A stretch of 64,000 bases of DNA from Octopus sinensis (Eukaryota): contig NC_043006.1 of assembly GCF_006345805.1 (NCBI RefSeq), positions 10,602,001 through 10,666,000 on the forward strand, in the 5' to 3' direction. The position numbers were made by a program, and so were the translations under genes. Shown piece after piece: positions 52,620-64,000 of this stretch (positions are counted from its first letter, which is position 1; each line of letters starts with the position of its first letter). Under the pieces are notes generated by a model. That model was not told the DNA's origin, searched no databases, and was given only the letters and a program-made list of their open reading frames with translations.

Positions 52620-53409
52620 ATTGCATGTTTTCAAGTCTCTTTCCAAGTGTTTTTAAAAGGAATTGTCCAGAAACTGCGCTACTGATTTTGAACCATTTGC
52701 ACACTTTGTTAAGAAATCTTGACAAATATTTTCCATCGATATCTGTTGACCAGTATGACTGAATTAGAAACCGATTTGTGGAATTTGAGCCATTTGAAGA
52801 ACAGCTCACATTAACAGAAGAAGAAGAACTTGCCAGTGTTTCATATGACAGACCATTAAAGTTGAAGCATTCTGAGCTTCACCCGAATGCATTTTGGTTG
52901 CTGGTTGCAAAAGAATATCCTGCAATCGCCCAGAAAGCGCTGTTACTTCTTGTGCAGTTTTCAACTCCCACTTCTGTGAATTTGGATTTTCAGCACAGAC
53001 AACCACCAAGCACAAGAAGCGAGAACAATTGCTGTCTCTGGAATATGAACTTCGTGTGTGGCTATCAAAAACACGACTCAATCTTAGAGAGTTGTGCAAG
53101 AAACACCAGGCTCAAGTTTCTCATTGAGGTTTTGAGGAAAATAAATGTAATCTATTCAAACTAAAGTTTGTTTTTTTAATACATGTTTTAATAATAACTG
53201 TAGAGGCAAGAATAAAATTGCATATGTACGTGACAATTTTTTACAATTTCTGATTTTATTGTATATAAATCTGAACAAGAGTATTTTCATTTCATTAATT
53301 AAATTCTGTTTTTTTTGGATAAGACAATTAAATTATTGCATAGGGGTTCCTCGAGCCAGTGGAATGTTTCCTTGGGGTTCCGCTCCAGCAAAAAGGTTGA
53401 AAAGCACTG
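52620..53409 (+). mobile_element. hAT (Buster/Charlie, ZBED5/FAM200-like) transposase C-terminal remnant with right TIR
   Basis: FWLLVAKEYPAIAQKALLLLVQFST/(fs)FCEFGFSA.TT.KHKKREQL..LE.ELRV.LS...LCKKHQAQVSH* is a hAT dimerisation-domain C-terminus; the end aaaaaggttgaaaagcactg is the reverse complement of CAGTGCTTTTCAACC. Confidence 0.9.
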
Positions 53410-53716
53410 CAATAAGAAATCAACTGTATTGTAAACATAGCTGGATGTACGGAACTTCACTTTCCAGTGATGAGACCGAGTTAAAAGTTCAAACATACAA
53501 CGATGTATACAGTAAATCCATATTTATTTAAACATTAATAATCACAATTCTTATTGTATTCTGTTTGTATATTAGATTACATTACTTTCGTAGAACTTTA
53601 GTTTTTGAATGCCGGGCACATAAAAAATATAGCGAGACATGTACGTATATATGTGTGTGCTATTTTTTATGTATGCTATGTCCATATACGTGTGTGTATC
53701 TGTATATTTGATTGCA

Positions 53717-53748
<32 letters not shown>

Positions 53749-53780
53749 GCAATCAAATATACAGATACACACACGTATAT

Positions 53781-53831
<51 letters not shown>

Positions 53832-54599
53832 TACATTATATATATATGTATATACATATATTATATGCATATGCATGTATACATGTAAATATACACACGC
53901 ACGCGCACACATACTTATGAATCATACATTGATTTATAGAAAAGGAAAGGCAATTTTTTGACAAGTTGACGACCCCTTGTGCTTTATATCCTATCACTTG
54001 ACGCGTCCCACTTTTCGTCTTCTGGGAGCGACTTGTTATTTGTGTGTGTGTATGTGTGTGTGTTTGTAGGTATTGTGTGTGTGTGTGTTCTCTTGGAATA
54101 GATTTACAATTTCGAGTGTTTTTATTTTTTTTTTTTACCTAATTTTTTCGGTAACTTGAAAGAAATATAGCATTGCATCGAAAAATTGATTTGTTGGTTA
54201 ACATTTTATGACAATCTATAATTCATGAAGTTTTATGAAAATGAAACATCGATAGAAGCATATATGGCCGCTGTTATAAAGAAGAGAGGCAGCGACACAT
54301 TTAGTCAACCAACAGTTTCCATTGAAGTCTTCTCCCTTTGCTCATTCTATAAATACGCGAGGTAGAATGACTAACTAACAATTTCTACGCTAAAAGTTTT
54401 ATATTTTATGTTTCATTCTACTCCCTCAATATGACACAGAGGAAAAAGTAATTTGTATAAGTCTCTAATAATGATGGCCAGTGCATAAATAGATTTATAT
54501 TGATTTCTAACCTAACCAGATGGCCGAGATTTTGATGAGCGATGCTATTGGGAATATGTTGATATGAGTCTATTTTTCCGTTTTTCTGTCTTCTATACC

Positions 54600-54830
54600 T
54601 ATTTATTTACTACCCACAAGGGGCTAAACACAGAGAGGATAAGCAAGGACAGACAAACGGATTAAGTCGATTATATCGACCCCACTGCGTAACTGGTACT
54701 TATTTAATCGACCCCGAAAGGATGAAAGGCAAAGTCGACCACGGCGGAATTTGAACTCAGAACGTAACGGCCGACGAAATACCGCTAAGCATTTCGCCCG
54801 GCGTGCTAACGTTTGTGCCACCTCTCCGCC
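54600..54830 (-). mobile_element. SINE family A with 13-bp TSD (1 mismatch)
   Basis: tgtcttctatacc at 54587-54599 and tgtgttctatacc at 54831-54843. Confidence 0.9.
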
Positions 54831-55016
54831 TGTGTTCTATACCGTATTTATATCACCGTTGCTCATTGTCAGACTAGAATGTGGTGTGAGTGAGATAGAA
54901 CGCTATTTGAAGTAAGATGAGCAATCAGTTAGTAGGTCTGTCATTATATGTCCTATACATATGCAGATGTCATTAAAAGGGACCAGTAGTTTGAAGACTG
55001 AGAACTTTTGTATATT

Positions 55017-55237
55017 CCTGGCAGAATCGTTAGCAAGTCGGGCGAAATGCTAAGCGGTATTTCGTCCGGCGCTACGTTCTGAGTTCAAATTCCGCCGAGG
55101 TCGACTTTGCCTTTCGTCCTTTCGGAGTCGATTAAATAAGTACCAGTTACGCACTGGGGTCGATGTAATCGATTTAATCCGTTTGTCTGTCCTTATTTGT
55201 CCCCTCTATGTTTAGCCCCTTGTGGGCAATAAAGAAG
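55017..55237 (+). mobile_element. SINE family A
   Basis: ctggcagaatcgttagc...gtgggcaataaagaag. Confidence 0.9.
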
Positions 55238-55621
55238 TAAGTAGAAGAACTTAATTGCATCCTGTTAAACCACTCAATCAGAGGTTCTCCTGATCTTTAG
55301 TGTTCTTTATGTGTCAAGGCAAAATAAACATATATTCTTGATTTCATTCAGGAGGAAAAGATGACCTTCCGCATCGATGAGATTCGGGTGACGCATTTTC
55401 TTCTTGGGCATGGGAAACGATGTTCAGTGGCGGAGGAAATGAAAAATAGGTGGATGTCACAAGATGGAAAAAGTGGATGTGATGAAAAATGGAAAAACGA
55501 GTGTCACAAGGAAATGAAGGAAAGTGTAAACCTACACCACACACACAGATACGCACCCATACATACACATGCACACAGACACGCGCAGACATATATATAT
55601 AATATATATAATATATATATA

Positions 55622-55792
55622 CGAGTTGTATCAAAATGTTCCCGGATGGTTTGTGTTTAATAAAAAATAACTTATTTACATAAGTTTTAACGACATCTGC
55701 TTCGAAATAGTCACCTTGCGCAGTAATACACCGATCCCAGCGTTCCTGCCACTTTTGGAATCTAGCCTGGAAGTCGTTTTCCGTAAGCGAGT
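55622..55792 (+). mobile_element. Mariner terminal fragment
   Basis: TA|cgagttgtatcaaaatgttcccgga resembles a mariner TIR; truncated at the Helitron and TA tract. Confidence 0.55.
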
Positions 55793-55801
55793 ATATATAT
55801 A

Positions 55802-56309
55802 TCTATATATATAAAACGGTAGTTGTGTGAGTGTCTGTCCCCTTCGATTTAGATTCCTAACTACTCCCACATTTTGCGGAGCAGTTTAACCAAATTCGGG
55901 TATCTTATAGTCGTGATTCATATCGAGCCCGTCTGAGTATTAACGCGCGTCTACGATGAGTCAACGATTTTTAAAATAATTTAACATCATTTTTTATTCC
56001 ATTTTAATGCATAATTTTTCGTGTGTCGATGGCGGCGGAGTTGGCGTCCATGGTCACACCTGCACCTGTTTGCTTCTCCCCTTCTTCCCTCCCTCGTGAA
56101 GCTGTGGGGAAGGATTGTAAGGAAATCAACGTCGTAAAGTGTTGTCAAGGAGACAGCGTTCTTTTAGAACAACGACTTCATGGCTTGAAGACACCAAAAC
56201 AGAAATGGCTAAGAAAGCCCGATTGGCATCTATAAGGGAAGTACTCTCTAAAAATGCTTATATAGTTATTTCCCTTACAAAACCGAGCAACGCCGGGCGA
56301 TACTGCTAG
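55802..56309 (+). mobile_element. Non-autonomous Helitron
   Basis: Starts TC (tctatatatataaaa) after A55801, ends CTAG before T56310, has a subterminal GC hairpin ccgagcaacgccggg, and no TSD. Confidence 0.85.
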
Positions 56310-56324
56310 TATATATATATATAT

Positions 56325-56695
56325 ACTCTTTTACTTGTTTCAGTCATTTGACTGTGGCCATGCTAGAGCACCGCTTTTAGTCGAGCAAATCGACCCCAGG
56401 ACTTATTCTTTGTAAGCCTAAGTTACGGGGACGCAAACACACCAGCATCGGTTGTCAAGCGATGTTGGGGGGTACAAACACAGACACACAAACATATACA
56501 CACACACACATGCATATATATTATACATATATAATACGACAGGCTTCTTTCAGTTTCCGTCTACCAAATCCACTCACAATGCTTTGGTTGGCTCGAGACT
56601 TTAGTAGAAGATACTTGCCCAAGGTGCAGGCAGTGGGACTGAACCGGAACCATGTGGTTTGTAAGCAGCTACTTACCACACCGCCACTCCTACGC
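56325..56695 (-). mobile_element. SINE family B with a small internal deletion
   Basis: tactcttttacttgtttcagtcatttgactg...ccgccactcctacgcc. Confidence 0.9.
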
Positions 56696-56731
56696 CTACT
56701 ATATATATAGTTTCTGTTCTCTTTAATTATA

Positions 56732-56816
<85 letters not shown>

Positions 56817-56820
<4 letters not shown>

Positions 56821-57229
56821 GAGTGGCTGTGTGGGAAGTAGCTTGGTAAACAACCACATGGTTCCTGGTTCAGTCCCACTGCGCTGCATCTTGGGCAAGT
56901 ATAGCCCCGGGCCGACCAATGCTTGTGAGTGGATTTGGTAGACAGAAACTGATAGAAGTCTGTCGTATATATGTATTAATATATATATATATATATATAA
57001 TATATAATATGTATGTGTGTTTGTGTGTCTGTTTGTCCCCCTAGCATTGCTTGACAACCGAGCTGGTGTGTTTACGTTCCCGTTACTTAGCGGTTCGGCA
57101 AAAAAGAGACTGATAGAATAAGTACTGGGCTTACAAAGAATAAGTCCCGGGGTCGATTTGCTCGACTAAAGGCGGTGCTCCAGCATGGCCGCAGTCAAAT
57201 GACTTAAACAGTAAAAGAGTAAAAGAGTA
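56817..57229 (+). mobile_element. SINE family B
   Basis: caggagtggctgtgtgggaagtagc...gtaaaagagtaaaagag. Confidence 0.9.
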
Positions 57230-57279
57230 ATACAATTAAAGAGAACAGAAACATATATATATCCAGTTTTATTCTGCAG

Positions 57280-57381
57280 TTAATCACGGCTTTCCATTTC
57301 CGTATCTACGTATGTTTCTGCTGCTAAATTTGGCATCTTGGTGTGCATTTCAATGTTAATTGTCGCTTCTTCGGATTCCAT
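57280..57381 (-). other. Candidate terminal coding exon (unverified)
   Basis: Acceptor atgtatttatttcag, then phase-0 frame MESEEATINIEMHTKMPNLAAETYVDTEMESRD*. Confidence 0.3.
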
Positions 57382-57624
57382 CTGAAATAAATACATGTCC
57401 GACCAACATATTTCATGCACGTGGTGTTAGTATTCTAAAATTAGCTAAAATTATGACCTTTTCAACTCTGCTGGTTAAAAAAACAAATGTCTAGCTGTCC
57501 AAATATTGGTCAGTAGTCAACAAATGTATTTTATCCTTCGAGTGGTGAGTGGTAATATTCCTATTCTGTATCAAGGTTCCATAGAAAATGTTGATGTTGT
57601 TATTGTTACTATTATCATCACAAT

Positions 57625-57762
57625 CACTACTACTACTACTACTAATAATAATAATAATAATGAGATGAAGAAGAAGAAGAATGAGAAGAAGAAGAAGAAG
57701 AAGAAGAAGAAGAAGAAGAAGAAGAAGAAGAAGAAGAAGAAGAGAAGAAGAAGAAGAAGAAA
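57625..57762. repeat. (ACT)/(AAT)/(GAA)n compound microsatellite
   Basis: Directly visible; source of the poly-K ORF. Confidence 0.95.
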
Positions 57763-58325
57763 TGCCCTGATGCAGTACCAGGCAGTGGCTCTCGTGGCTT
57801 CTGATCTTAACTAATTGGAAGTGTTATCATGTACATTGTTTTGTCTTGGTATAAAAGATGGGCTACAGCAAATGTTATGCTCAATACCACAGATTTGCTT
57901 GTCAGTTGCTTTACCTTAACCAGTTGAGCGCGTCCCTTAGTGGCTGACGATATGTGCATCTCTGACTACGTGCAGAAGTAGTGGGGGAGCATCATAGCCA
58001 TGTGTTGAGAGGGATTCTTTGAGGTTTGGATAATTCACCTCTGGAAACAGGGGTGGTTTGTTCAACAACCTTAAACAATCCTTATTCAGGGACCTTTTGA
58101 TCGGGATGGGTTACTCGACCAGAAGAAAATTCTAACTGGGTCCCACCTACAAGGTCATGCGCTGTTTATCTTGATATGAGATCACCATGTTGCGCACATA
58201 TGGTTGTAATTCATGTGCCCGGTGTACCCGTATCAGACGGGTAGGCGTGATGGGTATACTGGGCTTCGTATATCACTTCGATGGCATGCACTGCTCTCTC
58301 ACTCAATAAAAATAATAACAATAAT
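57763..58325 (+). mobile_element. Interspersed repeat ending in a (TAA)-type tail, probably a non-LTR 3' region
   Basis: GC-richer block bounded by (GAA)n and ctctctcactcaataaaaataataacaataat; recognition as a common repeat is from memory only. Confidence 0.4.
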
Positions 58326-58614
58326 ACTATTACTATAGATGCTAATAATGAGCTATTAGTCTATTATTAAATTTGCTAATTTTATAATTAAATTTATGGA
58401 TGTCGTTAATTTTATTCTCTTATTGTTCTTTAATCTTTAGAAGTAATTTTATTTACGTAGGAGTCTATATTTAATTAGCTTCTTTACTTGCTATTATTTA
58501 CTTGATTTCTATTCTAATTTTAGTATTATGTGTCATACAATTACTTAGATCGATTAAACGTGCGTTTAGACTGATTGACACATTGTAATGCGCTCTCACG
58601 TTTATGTTTTATTG

Positions 58615-58845
58615 CAGTAATCCCTGGCCATCTCGCGGTTCACCTATCGCGGTTCACCTAACACGGTTTATTTTTTAAGGTTACGTCGATTCCTCCGTGG
58701 TGTTGTTTTGCATATATTATAAAATAAATATATAAAAATTATAAAAATAATTAAAACCATTATACAGTACTGTTTCTACTTGGCAGATTTTCACCTGTCA
58801 TGGGTGTTTTAGAACGTAACACCCACGATAGTCGAGGGATTACAG
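58615..58845. mobile_element. Tigger/pogo-like MITE
   Basis: Imperfect TIRs cagtaatccctggccatctcgcg and cacgatagtcgagggattacag|ta. Confidence 0.65.
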
Positions 58846-59925
58846 TAATTTGTATTTTGATGTAAGAATTTCTTCAGCACACAATTCGCTCCATCTTCTT
58901 ATATTATATGGCTTGGTGCTACTAATTATTTCCCAGGTAATTTCATATTCCTAATTATTATCTTTTATGGACCAATTTAATTTGCTTAAGCTAGTTATTA
59001 TTCCTCTTTTTGTTGTGTCTAAATGAGTTTTTGTGATAGGCATTTTTTCTTTTTATATATGCTTCACAAGCGCCGATAGATTTATATAACTGACCTCCTA
59101 AGATTACCTTACACCTGTATACAGTTTCTTTAATTTTGCAGTTAGATTCAAGGGGACATAATACATTGGTGGCGCAATCACATTTTTATCTCTAACTCTA
59201 CTTTTTATATCTTCCGATAATTCATATTGTTATGTTTGCTCCGTTTATCTCCTAATTTACATTCCTTTTTTTGATTTTTATTAATTTGAGTAACACTTCC
59301 CAATATATCATTTGAGTTATTATTCACAACATTTATATATATACAGGTAGTGTGACTGGAGAGCATGTTCACCACTTATGGCTACAAGGCATCATCCGCG
59401 GTACCGTGCTTATGTGGCTGGATCTACGTAAGAAATTCCTAGGTGCACGTAGGGTATATTTTAAATGATTGATACGGAAGACAGAGTGCAACGAGAAGCA
59501 TTGTTTAGAACAACTATCGTTTCGGCTACATTATATTCCTCACTGTGCCTGTGAAAACTTGTATCCCTGAGGTAAGGCTTTATTTCCGCACACGACATCT
59601 TAATTTAATTCGTCCTTAGTCGAAAGACACTTGTTGTTATGTCCTGTTATTTGTATTTGTGTAACACTCTCCGTTTTTTACGTCCTTGTTTTCGTATACA
59701 TTAGATGCTTACTTTTAAGTAATCTAATGCTCATAGCTTAGTTTTTCCTTGGGTCTGGCCAGATTGGAGCAATCTTGAGTATAACTAGCCGAAATTGCAA
59801 AGATAATCTGGAACTCGACTGAAGTAAGAAAACTCAGAATGACACATCCTTGTTTTCTTAGTATTGTCTATCTGGATGTTTTGCGTTCTTGTCCCATTTC
59901 GTATTATGTGTATATATATATATAT

Positions 59926-60895
59926 ATAAACAGTACTTGGAGGAGAAGAAACGAAACGTAACGAATCGAATCGAATCGAATCGACGCGAGGACGCTCAGT
60001 CATACGATAGTGTAATAAATAAAATATATGCATACATACATACATACATACATATATGTACGTACCTACATCTACATGTATATATACATGCATATATAAA
60101 TATATATACGTGAGTACAGGACACCACAATAGACGTAGAACTCAACGCGAAACGAAACGTAAAAACAAGCATGGAACGGACCATTTTTTTACAACGAAAA
60201 ACAGAGTACAAGACAAACTACACAAGGAAAAATCCCCTTCATCAGCTGTCCCTAGTTCAACTCCAGCGTGTTTGGAAGGTGAGGACAGAACACGACTCGT
60301 CGAACTAGCCCTTCCTGCGAAAGAATTAAATAAAATTACTTCGCAGAAGGGTAAAAACAAAGAAAGAAAAAATGTAACACAAACAAGACGTAAAAACGAT
60401 ACAAATAAAATTACAAATAAAATACAAAATAAAAATACAATTACAAAAAAAAATAATATACGAGAAATAAAAACAAACAAGAAAACAAATGAAAAGGGCC
60501 TTTTTTGGCCTGGACGAGGAAGATTCCGGAGAGCGCAAGAAAAAACCGTGTGTTTACAGTTAGGAGGCCGCATCTAAAAGGAAGTAGTTGGCTGGCTGTG
60601 AGAGAGATGAGGAGGAGGAGTGAGTGAGAGAGAGAGAGGAAGACAAGCGGCTGAGAGAGAGATGAGGAGGAGTGAAACAGAGAGAGAGATAGGGAAAGAA
60701 GGGAAGGTAAAGGAAAGAGGGATAGAGTTTCGCGTCATAATTATATATAAAAACAGTACCTGAAGGAGAAGAAACGAAACGAAACAAAGCGAATCGAATC
60801 GACGCGAGGGCGCTCAGTCATACAATAGTGTAATAAATAAAATATATGCATACATACATACATATATGTACGTACCTACATCTACATGTATATAT
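59926..60895. mobile_element. Element with ~150-175-bp terminal direct repeats (Penelope-like pLTR structure)
   Basis: aaacagtac...gaatcgaatcgacgcgagg...cagtcatac...acctacatctacatgta at 59926-60100 and 60748-60895; the minus strand contains ggacagctgatgaagg. Confidence 0.6.
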
Positions 60896-60900
60896 ATATG

Positions 60901-60934
<34 letters not shown>

Positions 60935-60989
60935 AAGAAAGAGAGACATATACATATACATGTGTATGTATGTGTTTGTGTGTACATGT

Positions 60990-61117
60990 GTTCTTGTGCG
61001 GTTAAGAAGTTCAGTATGAACCTCGTTCTCGGTTCAATTGTACTGCGTGGGCAAATGTCTGTTACTATATTTTGACAAAGTCGATTTGATACACGGCGTC
61101 TAAAATAACAACGTCAG

Positions 61118-61149
<32 letters not shown>

Positions 61150-61160
61150 TTATAAATATG

Positions 61161-61211
<51 letters not shown>

Positions 61212-61375
61212 TTGTGTGTCTGTGTTTGTCCTCCACCATCGCTTGACAACCAATGTTGGTGTTTTTACGTCCACGCGACTTAGCTGATCGGCAACAGGGG
61301 CCGATAGTATAAGTACTAGGCTTACAAAAAATTAGTCCTGGGGTCGATTTACTGGACTGAAACAAGTAAAAGAGT
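60990..61375 (+). mobile_element. SINE family B, degenerate with deletions
   Basis: gcggttaagaag...ggttcaattgtactgcgtgggcaa...cgcttgacaacc...ggggtcgatttactggactgaaacaagtaaaagag. Confidence 0.75.
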
Positions 61376-61440
61376 AATATATATATATACATATATATTC
61401 TTTTATATACATATATATGCATTTATATGCATATATATTC

Positions 61441-61487
61441 ATTTATATGTTTCAGCCGTAACGCTGAGGGCATGCTGGTTCACCGCA
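61441..61487 (-). mobile_element. ~45-bp LINE/SINE tail stub
   Basis: Minus strand gcggtgaaccagcatgccctcagcgttacggctgaaacatataaat is a variant of the shared tail motif. Confidence 0.55.
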
Positions 61488-61489
61488 TC

Positions 61490-61600
61490 TAGATAGATAG
61501 ATAGATAAATACATACACAGGTAAATAAAGAAACTGACAGACAACTAGATAGATAGATAGGTAGATAGATAGGTAGATAGATAGATAGATATATAGATAG

Positions 61601-61653
<53 letters not shown>

Positions 61654-61800
61654 GACAGATAGGTAGATAGGTAGATAGGTAGATAGGTAGGAAGTGAGAT
61701 AGATAGAGAGATAGATAGATGCATACATACATACGTACATACATACATACATACATACATACATACATACATACATACATACATACATACATAGAGAAAT
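61490..61800. repeat. (GATA)n plus (CATA)n microsatellite
   Basis: Directly visible. Confidence 0.95.
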
Positions 61801-62218
61801 AGATATACATACTCCTCTGATTTTGCGTATATACATACATGTGCGTCTGTATGTTAGTATATACATACAGCCGCGCACACACTCGCACACACACACACAC
61901 ACATATATACATCATATATAGATTACATGTATGTATTTCCTTATGCATTGTCTTCCTCTCCGTGTTGGTGGAAATATTTTCAGTAATCTAAATACGGTGT
62001 TAAACAAAAATTCAGAAATATTTATAAGCAATTTCCTTTATCTGAATGTTGCAAACTTCATCCTCATGCCTGGGTTCATCTTTCGAGACATTAAATGTTA
62101 CAATGCTTATCAAATGATACATTTTCTCATGGATAAATATTTTGTTTTATTCAGTTTTTGAAAATCAACCAAGCTCACGCGCATACACACATACTATATT
62201 ATATATATATATATATAT

Positions 62219-62263
<45 letters not shown>

Positions 62264-62964
62264 TATCATATATATATATTATTATATTATATATATATAT
62301 ATTAGATATATATATACATACATATATATATATATTAGATATATGTATATATATATATATGTATTATATATTATATATATATATATTAGATATATATACA
62401 TACATACATATATATATATAGTAGATATATATATATATATTATGTATATATATATATATATATATTAGATATATATGTATATATACATATATATATTTAC
62501 TCGCACACATATATTGGTTTGTTCTGGCAGATAAATATTTATAAACAAACACTTGTAACATTTGTGACCTCACAATGCACTAGACCAATAATAATGTGAC
62601 ACGTATTTCTGTCTGCCTGGTGGAAAAATGACAAATAATTCTTCATTGTTTGCTTCTTAAGTTCAAGTGTCGTTGAATATTGTATTTTGACAGTAAAGTA
62701 TATATGTGCCACATCGAACAGGAATTTATATTTTCTTTTATTTTCTTGTTGTTAATTAAGTCGGAAAAGTCATTTGGTTTTAAAATGGAAGTTGAGAAGC
62801 GTACACCTTCTTAGAAACACGAAATAGACACATAATAGATTAAATTATATAGCTACGTAAATAGTTTCATACATATAGGTATAAATGCATACATCAACTT
62901 ATTCATACATAAGTATAGTTCATTCAATCTGTTATAGGTACAAGGTCTGTAATTTCCAGAAGAA

Positions 62965-63095
62965 GACGAGTCGATTACATCGACCCTGAAATTATGAAAA
63001 GCGAAGCCGACATCGGGGGACTTAAACTTAAAGAGCACAGTAAGACGACTGAGCATTTTGTGCGGCCTGCTTACGATTCTGCCAGCTCGCTGCCC
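62965..63095 (-). mobile_element. SINE family A, degenerate
   Basis: gtcgattacatcgaccc...ttctgccagctcgctgcc. Confidence 0.7.
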
Positions 63096-63117
63096 GATAC
63101 ATAATTGTCATATATAT

Positions 63118-63431
63118 AGGCGCATGGCTCAGTGGTTAGGTCGTCGAGCTTACGATCGTGAGGTTGTGAGCTCGAATCCCGGACCGGGCTGCGTGTTGTG
63201 TTCTTGGGCAAGGCACTTTATTTTCACGTTGCTCCAGTTCACTCAACTGTAGAAATGAGTTGCGACGTCACTGGTGCCAAGCTGTATCGACCTTTGTCTT
63301 TCCCTGGGATAACACTGGTGGCGTGGAGAGGGGAGGCTGGTATGCATGGGGGACTGCTGGTCTCCCATAAACAACCTTGCCCGGACTTGTGTCTAGGAGA
63401 GTAACTTTCTAGGTGCAATCCCATGGTCATT
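63118..63431 (+). mobile_element. SINE family D (tRNA-derived, CORE-like cttgggcaaggcac segment)
   Basis: A-box tggctcagtgg and B-box gctcgaatccc, followed by a non-tRNA body ending gaagggggtctttac. Confidence 0.8.
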
Positions 63432-63459
63432 CATGACCGAAGGGGGTCTTTACATACAT

Positions 63460-63846
63460 ATTACTCTTTAATTGTTTCAGTCTTTTTGATTGTGGCTATG
63501 TTGGATCACCGCCTTTTAGTCGAAGAAACATACCCCTGAATTTATTCTTTGTAAGCCTAGTACTTAACTTATCGGCTCCTTTGCCGAATCGCAAACTTAC
63601 GGGAAAGTGAACACACCAACATCGATTGTCAAGCGGTGGAAGGAAGACAAATACAGACACCAACACACAAATATGTACATATATATGCGACAGACCTCTT
63701 TCAGTTTCCGTCTACCAAATCCATACACAAGGGTGTGTTCGGCCCGAGGCTAAGTAGAAGACACTTGCCCAATGTGCCATGCAGTGGGACTGAACTCCAA
63801 ACCAAGTGGGTGGGAAGTAAGCTTCTTACCACACAGCCACACCTGC
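63460..63846 (-). mobile_element. SINE family B, diverged
   Basis: tactctttaattgtttcagtc...cttaccacacagccacacctgcgc. Confidence 0.85.
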
Positions 63847-63848
63847 GC

Positions 63849-63880
<32 letters not shown>

Positions 63881-64000
63881 TATATATATATTATATGTAT
63901 ATATATACATATACACACAATGAGAGGAGAGCAAGCGACAGAGAGAGACAGAGTTGTGGATATGAATATAGATACAGACGTATGGTATGTATATATATAA

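Noticed and set aside
60225-60300. Intact hammerhead ribozyme around ctgatga on the minus strand
   Set aside because: I could not build stems I-III with a GAAA core and NUH site from this copy

Overview
Eukaryotic, AT-rich, microsatellite-saturated non-coding DNA. The SINE families and the dense (TA)n/(GATA)n/(GT)n tracts match my recollection of Octopus genomes (inference, not database-checked). I cannot support any intact protein-coding gene; nearly all ORFs in the supplied track are translations of microsatellites or SINEs. The window holds about 25 tRNA-derived SINE copies or fragments of 4 families, decayed R4/Dong-, CR1/L2-, RTE- and Penelope-like retroelement pieces, a hAT (Buster/Charlie-type) remnant, mariner ends, a non-autonomous Helitron and several foldback/MITE elements. 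The most striking structure is at 41.1-47.0 kb: six same-orientation, 5'-truncated copies of a Tx1-like (L1-group, zf-RVT) LINE, each bounded on both sides by (TCTA)n and stacked inside a (GATA)n microsatellite that itself splits an older SINE. This is the pattern expected from a microsatellite-targeting retrotransposon whose tail regenerates its own target. Second is a 1338-bp TTAA-flanked foldback element with ~590-bp near-identical arms (Kolobok-like). A few splice-acceptor-led short open frames could be exons of an unidentified host gene but are low confidence. Coordinates were counted by hand and may be off by a few bases.
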